This document shows positions 1 to 13,655 of a stretch of DNA of 64,000 nucleotides, piece after piece. The DNA is from Octopus sinensis (lineage: Eukaryota), in NCBI RefSeq assembly GCF_006345805.1, contig NC_042998.1, positions 82,646,001 through 82,710,000 on the forward strand. The letters run 5' to 3'. A model generated the notes under the pieces. It had not been told where the DNA came from. It searched no databases and worked only from the letters and a program-made list of their open reading frames with translations. The number at the start of each line of letters is the position of its first letter. Position 1 is the first letter of the stretch. The translations under genes were made by a program, and so were the position numbers.

Positions 1-13
1 TTTCACTTTTTAC

Positions 14-58
<45 letters not shown>

Positions 59-912
59 AGCATGTACATAAATACATACATGTATACAAAATTAATTAAG
101 TAAATGCAAATAAAAATACGAAACTAAGGATCAAAACAATTATAATTTTACCCTATAAAAGAGAGTTTATGGTTCACTGTTAACTAAGGCGAGAGAGGAA
201 TCATAAAAAAATGTATGTGTGTTAAATTCCCTCTACAAAATGTTTTTCTTTTTGTTTCCACGTTAGCTTTCAATATTTTCACAAAAATATCGTATATTCA
301 AAGGAAATCTATTTATATATTTACCATGAGATTTTATTTTATGATCGCTAAAGAGAAGTATAACTACATTCAGTTTCATATTACAAGAGGCAAATTACTT
401 GGTAGTATTCTTCATTATTTCAAGAACTCGTTAGTATTGGACACTAATTCAAAACAATCTTAATGCTTAATTAAAACTGACTGGTTTATTTCAAATACAC
501 CAATTTCTAACGACTAGCATTTCAAAAATTGATAAATGGATTAATTCCATTGAATTTCCTGAAATTCAGTGATTTAGAAGTACTTATAAATACATTAGCG
601 AGTGAAGATTTTCCCAAGTCTTTATTACCAAAGGAGCTTAACAATATATAGCAACAATTACAATTTCATCCGTTTCTTAAGTTGGACAGTTGCAGGTAGA
701 CAAATTTATAATGCACTGATCTCAACGGGATTTAAAGTCTGAACATAGGAAGAGAAAACTTCACCTTTAGTTTGGAAATTCACTGATAGCAGCAGGTAAC
801 ACGTGACATGCATAAGCCGAGAAACAGATGAGAAAAGGTGATTAAGTCAGGTTTGATGATACTAAAATTCAAAGAAAAGTGTTATATAATGCAAACATTA
901 TATTTGGTTTAT

Positions 913-950
<38 letters not shown>

Positions 951-1070
951 ATACATATATGCATATATATATATATATAATATACATATATGCATATATA
1001 TATATATGCATATATATATATATGCATATATATATATGTATATATATATATATATGTAAGTATATGTATA

Positions 1071-1122
<52 letters not shown>

Positions 1123-1292
1123 ATATATATAATATAAATGATATGTACATATATGCAAATATACATACATATAAGTACATACTTACATATATATATATGT
1201 ATATAGTCAGAATTTACAAAAAACAAAAGATGAAGACAGGTGTGTAAACAACAAACAGATATATTAGTTTAACGCTCGGTGAGTGAGAAAGT

Positions 1293-1327
1293 CTTTTACA
1301 TTCGCGCCTACGCTCTTCGACAGAAAG
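1293..1327 (-). ncRNA. Degenerate minimal hammerhead-like motif, CUGUYGA family copy 1
   Basis: Minus strand: cttt-CTGTCGA-A-GAGC-gtag-GCGC-GAA-tg-TA-aaag. One A of GAAA is missing. Lies in a repeat (about 1205-1330) also seen at 6840-6945, 8400-8530 and 48195-48335. Confidence 0.45.
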
Positions 1328-1693
1328 GAACACAAAAATACAGGGAGAGAAAATAGAAGGTATATACATTTGCATATATGGGCACAGGACGTCATAGAGA
1401 GTAAGCAACATGAAATACGCAACCATGGAATACGAAAGAAACAAATGGAAAACAAGACAAGTAACATAAAGAACGACCCTTCAGCAGTTCTCGGCTGTTT
1501 TATCTATTCCTCATTTCCAGTAATTACGACAAGATGCGCCTTTGACAAAACAAATTAAATAAAATTTGGGACTTGCGGAGGGTCAAATTTGCTAACAAAA
1601 ACAGGACAGTGAAAACAAACAGTAAGGGCTTATGACTGAACGCCACGCATCCATTTCCAAGTAAGTCTTATACACACACACACACACACACAC

Positions 1694-1750
<57 letters not shown>

Positions 1751-1928
1751 GTATGCCATTGTAGCTGCTTAATGTAAGCTCTAATATCTGTAGTCAAGGT
1801 TTGTATCGTCACCTTGGAGTAGTGGTTAGCACAACTTACAGCAGAGGTGCCGTTGAAATTTCAAGAGCAACACTATAACTATTTCCGTCTTCTTTTAAAT
1901 CACACACACACACATGCATATATATATA

Positions 1929-1969
<41 letters not shown>

Positions 1970-1999
1970 CATACATACATACATACATACATACATACA

Positions 2000-2030
<31 letters not shown>

Positions 2031-2569
2031 GTATACATGTATGTATGTATTTATGTAACGAATTCCCTTCTAACGTGGAAAGCAAAAATGTTTCGTACCA
2101 CGTAGCTGTGATATCTTTGTCATTATTCTGGCACACCGTTTGGCAAGTAATGAAATACAGAATCCGTTATAAACACCCCACCCTTATGATAACAATAAGG
2201 AATAAAGCTTTTTTACAGATTGTATTAATATTGTTAATATTTTACATTGATGATGCTCACTAAACATCAGCAAATTATCGATTTGTTACACGGTCTTTAA
2301 CTGATACATCTTCAATATCTACCGATAAGTTCCATAGTACAGTTGACTTGCCGAGTGAGGCAAAGGAATTGCCAGATAAACTCGTCTCTGAATCTTATAT
2401 TTCATATTAAGTTAGAAGTCAGAAGCTAATACTAAAATTTACAGTATTGGTTTAAAATAGTCAGCATAATCTATCTAAGACTATTATAAAGTCAACAAAG
2501 GAATTTAACCAAATTCTTTAATTCAGTAATCTTGATTTCTTCCCTTGTCTACCAGTAAAATAAAATGGT

Positions 2570-3735
2570 GGTCTGTAGTGGTCTGATTTTTAACGCGTTT
2601 ACAGGTGAACCTTATTCCTTTGAACAACAGTGATGCTTCGGCAAAAACAGATCCACTGGAGATTCACCCTCTTAGATCGCTTTGGAAAAGTTCGAAGAAA
2701 GTAATGTTGTTGCTTTAGACGTCAGCAAAACTTTCATGTATGACTGGCATGCAAAACTCCAATCAACAGATCCATCTCTCATTCTTCCTGTCAGAACATA
2801 CCATTGTGGTGTGCATTGACAGACCTCTATTTTTCGCACGCCCGGTCAACTATGGCCTTCCTAGGGGTTCCGTTAAATCCACCGCTTTCTTTCTTTAAAC
2901 TATAATTATCTACTTTCCCGTATATCCGACAGCATCCATTCATATGCAAATGACCAGACCCTTCATTCTTCCCTAATCTTCCCTAACCAGCCATCGCCAC
3001 CCATAACCTAGTCAACACACGCCAAAATTACATTGATTCCACAAGCAGAAACATTGAGGCCATCCTCCTGCGAATTATGCCACCCTTCTTTCTTCTAACT
3101 TAAACACTACATATACGAAAAACACGACAACACATCCCCTCTAAATATGAACAGCACTCAACTAGAGCTCAGTCGCTCAAATTGTTGGGTCTCAGTATCA
3201 TTGTTGATCTTTACTGGTGAAATAATACCCCTAACATAACTAGGACTACATCTTAAAGATTAACCCTTATTTACGGAACCAGTCCCCAACAGCTGCTGAC
3301 ACTCTACGACGTTCAAGCAAGACCCACAGCTGAGTACTTCTCTTCCTGTTGCAAAGTGCACTGGCATCTTGGAATGCATCCAGAAAAGAGCCACTCGGTT
3401 GATTGGTACCCCATCACCTACGAACGCATTCCAGTTTGTGGCCTACAAGTGTCCTGTCTTCTCTCTGATTTTTGTATCGAGTCTGTAATGGTTTATGTTA
3501 CTCGGATATTATTGTACCTCCTACTCTCAAGCACCCCATCCCACCCGTTTCTTCATATCACGGCACCCTCGGTGTATCCATTTACCGTTTCCCCCTCACC
3601 TACACAGTAACCATTATATGCAATTCTTTTTTTTCCGAACGTCGTCTCTCTGAAATCCTTTACTGTCTTTTCTGCCAGTGTTTTCCTGCAACATTATAAA
3701 CGAAACATTGACGGCATCAATCATCTCCGGTTCCA
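2570..3735 (+). pseudogene. Decayed CR1/L2-group LINE reverse transcriptase fragment
   Basis: Manual translation gives Q*CFGKNRSTGD, LEKFEESNVVALDVSKTF (ALDxSKAF motif), VNYGLPRGSV (GVPQGS motif) and IHSYAND (YADD motif), with many stops and frameshifts. Confidence 0.8.
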
Positions 3736-3859
3736 GGGGGTTTCAAGGATTATAGGTTCCGCTCTTTCCTTCTGACTCACTAAGTAAAAGACAACTTATA
3801 GAACCTCTTGTCAAATACAAAGTTTTAGAGTTGGAACCCAAAGGAAATGTGGCACTCTC

Positions 3860-4400
3860 ATGACAAAAAAAAAACAGAATGATCTTACATAAGTTACGTT
3901 GATTTGATTTACATGGACAAATAAGTTTAACTTTTGGGTCAGAATAAAAATTATCCTTATGGTCTTTTAAAGTAATTCTAGGATGCATAGGTACATAAGG
4001 TTCAGTTTTATTATCTAACTTATATTTTATCATGATTAATTTAGAGTCCTTATTTATAATATAAAGAGTATTTTCTGGAACAATTTTATATTATTTATTT
4101 CTCTAATAGGTTATCATATAATTTAACATCTAGTTTATACAGCTTCCTAGTTTTATCTGATTGTACTATAATTCCTTCCAAAGTACATATTTCTTTAATT
4201 CGAATAACAAGGTTTCTTAGATATTCCCTATGTCTAATTGGGAATTTATGAAATTTAATATTTTTTACCACATTCCAAATATTATCCTCTAAAACCGGTA
4301 TAACCGTATTATTTACTACTATTTACTATTTATTGTACTTTATTGATTCAAAATGAGTTTTTTTATAGTATATATTTTCTATAAGATGTGAGTAACATCT
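3860..4400 (-). pseudogene. Penelope-like element (PLE) RT N-terminal fragment
   Basis: Translations LEDNIWNVVKNIKF...IKEI...IIVQSDKTRKLYKL...YDNLL and PRITLKDHKDNFYSDPKVKLICPCKS match the PLE RT-upstream motifs I recall (VxADKT, ITLKDHKxNF, PKxRLINPxKS). Confidence 0.8.
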
Positions 4401-4409
4401 TTCTTTATC

Positions 4410-4530
4410 GAATTGTTTAATAGTGGTTTTTCTCTAAATCATATACATATACTATATATTGTGAAATTTGATTTAAAACTGTTAAATTGAATTTTTCCTT
4501 GTAACTTTTGGAATTATATTCCCTACTATT
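4410..4530 (-). repeat. PLE leader / inverted pseudo-LTR segment
   Basis: Reverse complement (tagggaatataattccaaaagttacaaggaaaaattcaattt...ttagagaaaaaccactatt) aligns by eye with 32384-32515 (tagggagtataactccaaacttacagggaaaaattcaattt...ttagagaagaaaaacactatt). Confidence 0.7.
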
Positions 4531-4539
4531 ATTATTATG

Positions 4540-4676
<137 letters not shown>

Positions 4677-5051
4677 ATATGTATGAATGTATGTATGTAT
4701 ACACACACACATACATTAGCCAGTATATATGTTTGCATATGCTTGCAGTGACTCTGTGTGATGTAGCACATAATCTGAATTTTCGCATTTCCGCTTGAAA
4801 TATCTTTATTGACTTATGTGATATTATGATGTTCTGATGATGTTATGTATCATCCAGAATATGACAAATATGGAAGTTAATTAAATCTTCTTTTTCAAAT
4901 GAAGTGAATTTTTATATGGAATTTTTGATAAAGTTACTGTTGTTTGGATATAATTGAATGATGCACCTGTGGTTTACATAGGGTTTCCGCCAAGCGAAGA
5001 ATAAAGAAATGTTTATATGTTTGCATGTGTGTGCGCGCGCGTATGATAGTG

Positions 5052-5114
<63 letters not shown>

Positions 5115-5459
5115 CGTGTGTGTTCAGTAATAATGAACTGATCACAGAACTCAGACACAGGTGTGGATATTTTATTTTAGAGATGATTATGACGACGACG
5201 ACGTGAATGGTGATGGTAATAACGACATTGATGATGATAGTGATGCTAGTGATGATGATGAGAGAAGAAACTGTTTCTAAGATTTCACATATTCCTGCAT
5301 TTTTAAAGCAAACGGTTTATACTAGGTTGTTGGTGGTGGTGGTGGTTCCCCACCTTCCTTCCATCAGCCTCAGAGACCCCGAGAACAGTAATGGCCGCTG
5401 CCGGCCCTCGTCTAACTGAAAATAAGGTAATAATATATAAAGAATTATTTTCCAAATAA

Positions 5460-5619
5460 GCACAGGAGTGGCTGTATGGTAAGTAGCTTGCTAACCAACC
5501 ACTTGGTTCCGGGTTCAGTCCCACTGCGTGGCACCTTGGGCGTGTGTCTTCTACTATAGCTTCGGACCAACCAAAGCATTGTGAGTTGATTTAGTAGACG
5601 GAGACTGAAAGAAACCCAT

Positions 5620-5653
<34 letters not shown>

Positions 5654-5866
5654 TGTGTGTCTGTGCTTGTCTCACAACCATTGCTTGAGAACCGATGTTA
5701 GTGTGTTTACGTCCTTGAAACTTAGCGGTTTGGCAAAAGAGATCGATAGAATAAGTACTAGGTTTACAAAGATTAAGTCCTGGGGTCGATTTATTCGAAT
5801 AAAGGCGGTGCTCCAGCATGGCCGCAGTCACATGACTGAAACAAAATAAAAGAGTAAAAGAGTAAA
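5460..5866 (+). mobile_element. tRNA-derived SINE family B, full length, with internal (TA)n
   Basis: A-box GTGGCTGTATGGTAAG, B-box GGTTCAGTCCC, shared core, internal microsatellite and (AAAAGAGT)n tail; about 13 related copies in the window. Confidence 0.9.
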
Positions 5867-6853
5867 GCTATTTATTGATTTAGGATTGTTTCAACCAGTT
5901 AAAACCAGTATGAGACAAGAAATATGAAAAAACATGAAATACGAATTTAAGACTGAATAATTGATAACTTTCAAAGAATCATTGAAACCTGAAATCAGTT
6001 TAAAATCATCTCTGACATGTTCAGGTCGTGATTATTTTTATTTTATAATGGAACCCCTTTTGGGAGTAGGATGAAAAGCAAATTAATACATTGAAAAACA
6101 AGGTAAGATTGTTAGGCTCATTAAACAGTAAAATAAATGACGTCTTACAATCACAAGCTATTCACTTCATCGAGAATTACGAGTGTACTTATGAAAGAAA
6201 AAGCAGCGATAAAAGGTTATGATACGATTAAAAGAACTATGAGAAAATCATTTTACAAATAACAATATCTTACTCATTGAGTATTTTTTCAAGGATATTT
6301 CAGAAATCATAAAGAACAACAAAAGAGAAATATTTTACAAGTATCAAATAAAACTAACGACAAATACTAAAGTGAATAAACGATTAGCATCTAAGTGTGC
6401 TACATCATGTGCAGAATTGTTAGCGGAGGTGGGAGATGAAGAAAACAGACGGGAAAAATCAATAGCAATAGAAATTAAATATTCAAAGACGAGAGAAAAA
6501 TGAAAAACTGATCTGTCAATGTAGTGATTTTGATTGTATATATTTATGTAATTTTATATTATGTACATATACATGAATGATGTATGTGTGTGTGTGAGAG
6601 AGAGAGGGAGAGAGAATGTGCATGTGTGTGAGTAATAGAAGTGGTTTTTCCCTTATGTCCGAGGAGCTTAGGAGTACATGTATATATATCTATTATATAT
6701 ACATTATATATATATATGCATAACTATATATATATGTGCGTGTGTGTATATATACGTATGTATATATTTGTTTGTATATATATACATATATATACATATA
6801 TAAATACACATGCGTGTGTGTGTGTGTATGTGTGTGTTTATTTCTTCGTGTTC

Positions 6854-6889
6854 CTTTCTGTTGAAGAGCGTAGGCACGAAATGTAAAAG
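6854..6889 (+). ncRNA. Minimal hammerhead-like motif, CUGUYGA family copy 2
   Basis: cttt-CTGTTGA-A-GAGC-gtag-GCAC-GAAA-tg-TA-aaag; helix I cttt/aaag. Confidence 0.55.
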
Positions 6890-6981
6890 ACTTTCCTGAG
6901 CGTCAAACTAATACACCTGCTTGTTGTTTATAGACTAGTCCTCGTCTTTTCTTTTTCTATAAATGTCAACTATATTGATAT

Positions 6982-7016
<35 letters not shown>

Positions 7017-7019
<3 letters not shown>

Positions 7020-7776
7020 CTTAGAATAACTTAGAAAGGTTTTTGGCCAGTATTGGCCCAGGCCATGTCTAACTTAATAGCACCACCTGGCGAAGTCTTT
7101 CAGTTCAGGATTTGGGCACCAAGGCCCATTCGAGCAGAGAGTTATTGTTTGCGGAGACATATCCGGGTGTGGGTGGTTTGTCCGGTACTGTTTGAAGGAA
7201 TTTGTCCAAAGACTTCTTGAATTTTGTGTGGTCAGTTTCTTTTTTGACGTGTCCTGGTGTAATGTTGAAGAGAGCGGGTCCAATTGAGGTGAAATAGTTG
7301 TGCCGTATTGTCGTTATGTGATGCGATTTAGATTTTTGTTGTGGACGGATGGCACGTGGTCCAAGCCTTGGATGCATTTTGAAGGTGATGCCAACATCAT
7401 TCGGACAGTGCTGATGGAATATTTTCCACATCATACAGATAATGTAGCGTTCACGGCGTCGTTGGAGTGAATACAATTTCAGCTTCTCTAGTCTACCCCA
7501 GTAGTCAAGGTCTGACATGCCATCTATCTTTTTTGTGATTGACCTTTGGGGAGCTTCAATTCTCATAATATTTTGTTTTGTGTAGGGAGACCACAGTGGA
7601 CAGCAGTATTCAAGGTGGGGTCGGGCAAAAGTGGAGAAGAGAAGGATAATAGCGTGGGAATCTCTCGACTGGAAGGTTCTGAGAATCCAGGAACACATTC
7701 TGCGGGCCATGTCAACTTTGCTGCTTATATGTGTAGCCCAGCTTATGTTGTTGTCCACTGTTACTCCCAGGTCTCT
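7017..7776 (-). mobile_element. 5'-truncated CR1-type LINE: RT C-terminus, 3'UTR and tandem tail
   Basis: About 224 uninterrupted codons (RDLGVTVD...[13 protein letters not shown]...QRRRERY...FKKSLDKFL). The 3' tail is 2 x TTCTAAGTTA and both flanks are (TA)n. Confidence 0.9.
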
Positions 7777-7813
7777 GTATATATATATATATATATATAT
7801 ACATATATATATA

Positions 7814-7865
<52 letters not shown>

Positions 7866-7876
7866 GTATATGTATG

Positions 7877-7939
<63 letters not shown>

Positions 7940-7942
<3 letters not shown>

Positions 7943-8101
7943 GCATGTGTGGCTGTGTGGTAAGAAACTTGCTTCGGCAATTACATGATTTTGGGTTCAG
8001 TCACAAAGCCTGGCACCTTCGGCAAGTTTTTCTAGTGTTACCTCGAGCCGACGAAACCTTTGTGAGTGGAGTTGGTGGACGGAAACTGAAAGAAGCCCGT
8101 C
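7940..8101 (+). mobile_element. SINE family B, 5' half
   Basis: gtggctgtgtggtaag head through gacggaaactgaaagaagcccgt, then microsatellite. Confidence 0.85.
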
Positions 8102-8143
<42 letters not shown>

Positions 8144-8209
8144 TGTGTGTGTGTGTTGTGTGTGTGTGTGTGTGTGTGTGTTGTGTGTGTGTGTTGTGTG
8201 TGTGAGTGC

Positions 8210-8249
<40 letters not shown>

Positions 8250-8320
8250 AGTACATGTGCAAATATATACGATTTACATTCACTTCGAGATTCAGTTATC
8301 AAAATATTATATATATGTAT

Positions 8321-8401
<81 letters not shown>

Positions 8402-8491
8402 GTTGAAATTTACAGAAAAACAAAAGACAAAGACAGGTGTATAAACAAATAACAGGTGTATTAGTTTAACGCTCGGGAAGGTGAGAAAATA

Positions 8492-8527
8492 TGTTATCTT
8501 TTGAGCCTACGCTCTTCAACAGAAAGG
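8492..8527 (-). ncRNA. Degenerate CUGUYGA-family motif copy 3
   Basis: Minus strand: CTGTTGA-A-GAGC-gtag-GCTC followed by AAAA instead of GAAA. Confidence 0.4.
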
Positions 8528-9764
8528 AACATGAGGAAATAAACATAGGTGTATGTGTGCGCGCGCACACATAACACATACACACATGTATATATGTGAT
8601 CTTTAAAATATGTTTGTAATATATTTCAAATTTAGGTTAGTTAAATTTTAACGATCTTGACGGTCTAGTAGCAGGAATCAGTTAATTTTGCTGACTGTGT
8701 TTTACTTGAAGCCACAGCTTGACTAGGTCTGTTCTGAGTTGGCTCTCTCTAGCATTTCCCTTTGATAACAGCTAAAGTGCTAGAAGCATCGATGTCTGGG
8801 AATTTGATGGTGGCAACACTGGACACTTTTTTTACAATAAATGAGAATTGTCTCCGCGATGATTGCAGTGAATTTGCCTATAGCAGCTGAAATATGTTGC
8901 AAACATATTTAAAATTATGTGTGTGTGCGTGCGCGCACGCGCGTATGAGTGCGTGTGTGTTGTGTGTGTTATGTAGATATATGCATATATATAACATTTT
9001 GGGAACTGAATCTCGAAGTGCATATAAATCGATGTAAATATTTACAGGCTTATCATTTATAGCTTTATATGTGCTTCGAGATCCAGTTCCAAAACTTATT
9101 TCACTTTCTTTCGAAAGCTTATGAATTTTTTTATTCAACAACGAATGTGTGCGTGCCTGCACGCGCGTGTGTGTGTCTGTGTGTGCAGACTAGATCGCAC
9201 CAAGCATGCCCATTATAGTAATAAAATACATCGTGCTGGTTGTTCATCAAACCAAGACACCCGCTCCAATAGCATCACCCCTTCTTCAATACGTCCTGCG
9301 GCGATAAGGAAAGAAGTGACGGGGATGGGTAGCAGATGCTGGTGAAAATTATCAGCTTTGGTTCTACATACAGGCAACCATAGGGTGATGGGCGCTTGTC
9401 GTTTTACAGCTGTGATTTTCTAAACCCTCATTCGCCGAAACGACAAGAGAGTCTATCCAGCCATCTGATATATAATGTTAGGTCCCGAAAGAGAAACTTT
9501 TCCATTCGGTATTCTCTGAGAATTAGAAGAAATAACAAAGGAAATACAGATGAAAATCAGTGTGCCAAGATCTTTTGTTGTGCGCATATAAAGTACCTGG
9601 TCAACCTGGTTAATAAAGGGCTATTGCTCCTGACGAGCACTATTTGCTCGCAAAAGCGAAATCTGTTTCTTAGGAACGGTTGGTGCTGTTTGGCCATTTC
9701 TGATTTTGACATTTTATTTCTGTAAGATTTTCTTTAAATACAAGGGATATTATAAATGCAGTTC

Positions 9765-9945
9765 TTTTAGCACGCTGAACGAAATGCTTAGCGGTATTTC
9801 TCCCATCGCTAAGTTCTGAGTTCAAATTTCGCCGAGATTGACTTTACCAGTCATCTTTTCTGGGTCGATTAAATAAATACTAGATACGCACTGGGGTCGA
9901 TTTAATCAACTTAATCCCTTACCCCAAATTTGAGGCCTTGGGCTT
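9765..9945 (+). mobile_element. tRNA-derived SINE family A (degenerate)
   Basis: gcacg...gaaatgcttagcggtatttc...GAGTTCAAAT B-box...ggggtcgat core. Confidence 0.8.
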
Positions 9946-11974
9946 CCAGCGGTTGTTTAATTCATGCAGCTTTTAGATTGTTCTCAGTAGTTAGGAATGT
10001 ACAATGCATAGTAATACACTTGGAAACTATTCTGATATATTATATTTAGAGTCAATGAATCCTCTTGGCTAGAACTTTGCAGGAAGGCGAAAATTGATAT
10101 GGATTTTAATTTTCTCTGTTTCTGATGTTTGTGTGTGAATACTGATATTATGCAAAGTTGTAGTCACTTGTTTATCAGGAATGTCTCATCAGTTAGCGAA
10201 TTTCTTCTTTGTAAATTTCTTTCTGCTTTTTTTTTACATCCAATTTGATAGGATATTGGTACATGGCATTCATAGTTCAGGCTGTTGGGATTTTATACAG
10301 CATTTCTAAGTTTCTACTTGTTATGTCAGAAAAACCAGGAAAGGTATTTGCTTATAATATTTCTGCCGTGAAATATAAGCATACTATAATATATTCAAAT
10401 GGTTACACATATCTCCAAATAGATTTCACATTGTACGTAATGTTATCGATATACATCAATCATAAAGCACTACTATATAACATTATGTTTGGACATGAAG
10501 GGAATTATACTGTCCTAAAAGTTTCCCCTTCTCGCATACAACAGTTTCTACTTTTATTGAATAAATGTTTCCCTTAATAATTGTTATGTGAGAATTCCTT
10601 AAGTATAGATTCACTAATTATATCTAATACCAATTAAATTTAAAACTTTATTTTTCACATACGTTTTTCTTTATAAGTTTTTTTCTGTATTCTTAGGGCT
10701 TAACCTATGTATGTTTGAAATATTATTGCAAGAATTCAATGCGAACACATTCACTGATAGATAAGGTTGAAAATATTTTTAAAAATCGCTTTATCTGTTA
10801 ATGGAAGTCAATCCCAGCTAGACAACAAGCAGCTAGCAGTAAAACAGATCTCAAGCAACCATTTAGTATGTTGTGAGTTACAAAAGAAAACCCATAAAAT
10901 CTAATGAGAATCCTATTTGAATTCTGAAAACATCACAGTAAAATTTCATTAAATTAATATCATATTTATCTCGGAAACAAAAAATGAGAAAGAGTTTTAT
11001 AAGGCAAATGTTCGAGGCAGGGTACTAGTATAGAACAGAAACACTTCTTACAGTAAGGGAGAGCTATATTGAAAGGGAGGAAATTAGTAAAAAGACAAGT
11101 ATTTCATTAGTAGCATTGAGAGGAAGTACAAGAGAAGCAAGTTTGGCAGAGCAATGATAATGGAACTATTTACAGGACAGAGATAAGGAAGAATGCTTCT
11201 TGACTATGAGACGGGAGTCGCTGTTTAACTGTCAAAACAAGACCAAACATATATTAGAAACTTGCTTTTGAACTCGATCAAAAGATACATACTGCAAAAT
11301 AAACGCCTGGTTAAGAAACGCAGACCCAAACACTCAAGTCTATGAGGTTTTGTAGAACATTAATATTTTATTGTTATATAACTCCAGTTCATCCTTAGCA
11401 ATATACCTAAAGATAATCATATAAAATACTAGCTATGAGCCATATATCCATTTCTCTAGAAACATTTCCACTGTGTGATTGAGGCTCATATGTGGTAGAT
11501 CTGTATATGGGATTCAAGGTTGTAGTCTATGAATGTTGCTTTCTCCTTTTGTCCAATCTGTTTCTGTAGGTCTGAGGTTTAAATGCTGCTCTGCATCTGT
11601 ATATGACTTTTATGTCTGTCTAAACTGAGTGACAGGATGAGTATTTCTAGATGGATGTTATAATAATGTTTTGTTTTATTGTAGACATATTTACAGTTGA
11701 TTGCATTACAATGACAGTTGGAGCTTACTGTAGCAACAAAATGTACTCTTTGCAACCAAGTATAGTTTATCATTCAGAGATGCAATTTAACATCCTGAAA
11801 GCTAGACAAGATTTTTGATAAATTAGTGCCAGGTACATAATTCACATCATACCAGAATAAAAGACGGCATAACCACATTTGGCATTCTATACATAAATTT
11901 ATTATATTGAGGTACATGCTTTATTTTCACAAATATATTCAATGAATTCACTTACACTTGATTTCTTATATTTC

Positions 11975-12235
11975 TAATTTGCAATGTAAATTGGCCCTCC
12001 GTCGGTTACAATGATGATCCAGTTGATCCGGTCAACGGAAGTTTCAACATGACTAGAATGTGGCAAGGCTGGCCTTTTGAAATAGAGATACAACTCATTT
12101 TTGCCGGCTGAGTGAACTGTAGCAACGTGAAATAAAGTATCTTGCCCAAAGACATAATTCGTCGCCGGGAATTGAAGTCCCGACCCTACAATCGTGATCC
12201 AAATATCTCTAGTCACTAATCCACGCACCTTCACT
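11975..12235 (-). mobile_element. tRNA-derived SINE family C
   Basis: tRNA-like head followed by gggcaagatactttatttcacgttgctacagttcactcagc, a core shared with 49118-49442. Confidence 0.75.
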
Positions 12236-12671
12236 AATGTGAATTATGAATAAATAAATGTATAATATTTATAAAGTGTTGCATCGAAGTAGATTTATGG
12301 ATAAATTCTTTGTAAAGAAACACTTTAAGGAAACCAAATATTTTCACAGTAACTAAGCAACAATCCGAAACAGTAGCTAGCACCATTGATTCTCAGAACT
12401 GTTTGCATTGACATTTAAATGCATCAATCAAGACAAACAGGAGCAAGAGTGAAATAAGAAGAAAGGTAATTATTGGCTACATGTCCACAATAATATTTGT
12501 TTAAAAATTATATTACAAAGAGGTGATTGAATATGAATATACATTTTAGATAATTTTTTTTAGTGTGCATGTGTTTCATAAGCGGGGTAGAAGTACAAAG
12601 ATTATAGAAAAATTATGCTGAAACTATCAAATGTTGAATTATAATAATGAAAATAATAACAACAATAACGG

Positions 12672-12869
12672 TTTAAAATTTTGAGACAACAGCAGCAATT
12701 TCGGGACAGAGGCTAAGTCAATTAAATCGACCCCAGTACTCGATGGGTATTTATTTTATCGACACCGAAAGAATGAAAGACGAAGTCGACTTAAGTTTTA
12801 TTTGAACTCAGAACGTAAAAATGGACAAGCATTTTTTCCCGACGTGCTAATGATTCTTCTAGCTCACCG
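12672..12869 (-). mobile_element. SINE family A
   Basis: Reverse complement of the family A head, B-box and core; abuts an (AAT)n array. Confidence 0.85.
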
Positions 12870-12914
12870 AATAATAATAATAATAATAATGATGATAATA
12901 ATAATAATAATAAT

Positions 12915-13011
<97 letters not shown>

Positions 13012-13013
13012 TG

Positions 13014-13076
<63 letters not shown>
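12870..13076. repeat. (AAT)n microsatellite
   Basis: About 200 bp of AAT with occasional GAT units. Confidence 0.98.
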
Positions 13077-13630
13077 TGCCCTGATGCAGTACCAGGCAGT
13101 GGCTCTCATGGCTTCTGATCTTAACTGATTGGAAGTGTTATCATGTACATTGTTTTGTCTTGGTATAAAAGATGGGCTACAGCAAATATTCTGCTCAATA
13201 CCACAGATTTGCTTGTCAGTTGCTTGACCTTAACCAGTTGAGCATGTCCCTTAGTGGCTGACGGTATGTGCATCTCTGATCACGAGCAGAAGTAGTGGGG
13301 GAGCATCATAGCCATGTGTTGAGAGGGATTCTTTGGGGTTTAAAAATTAACCTCTGGAAACATGGGTGGTTTTTTCAACATCCTTAAACAACCCTTATTC
13401 AGGGACCGTTTGAGCGGGATGGGCTACTCAACCTGAAGGAAATTCTAACTGGGCCCCACCTGCAAGGTCATGTGCTGTTTATCTTGATATGAGATCACCA
13501 TGTCGCGCACATATGGTTGTGATGCATGTGCCTGGTGTACCCTTATCAGACAGGTAGTCATGATGGGTATATTGGGCTTCGTATATTTTACCCCAGTGTC
13601 ACTTTGATGGCATGAACTGCTCTCTCACTC
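13077..13630 (+). mobile_element. 555-bp non-coding interspersed element embedded in (AAT)n
   Basis: Second copy in reverse orientation at 55254-55808 with the same ends (gccctgatgcagtacc...ctgctctctcactc). No ORF and no tRNA head. Confidence 0.85.
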
Positions 13631-13655
13631 AATAATAATAATAATAATAATAATA

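Noticed and set aside
6243-6503. 87-codon Lys/Asn-rich open frame
   Set aside because: No ATG, A-rich bias and no consensus donor site.
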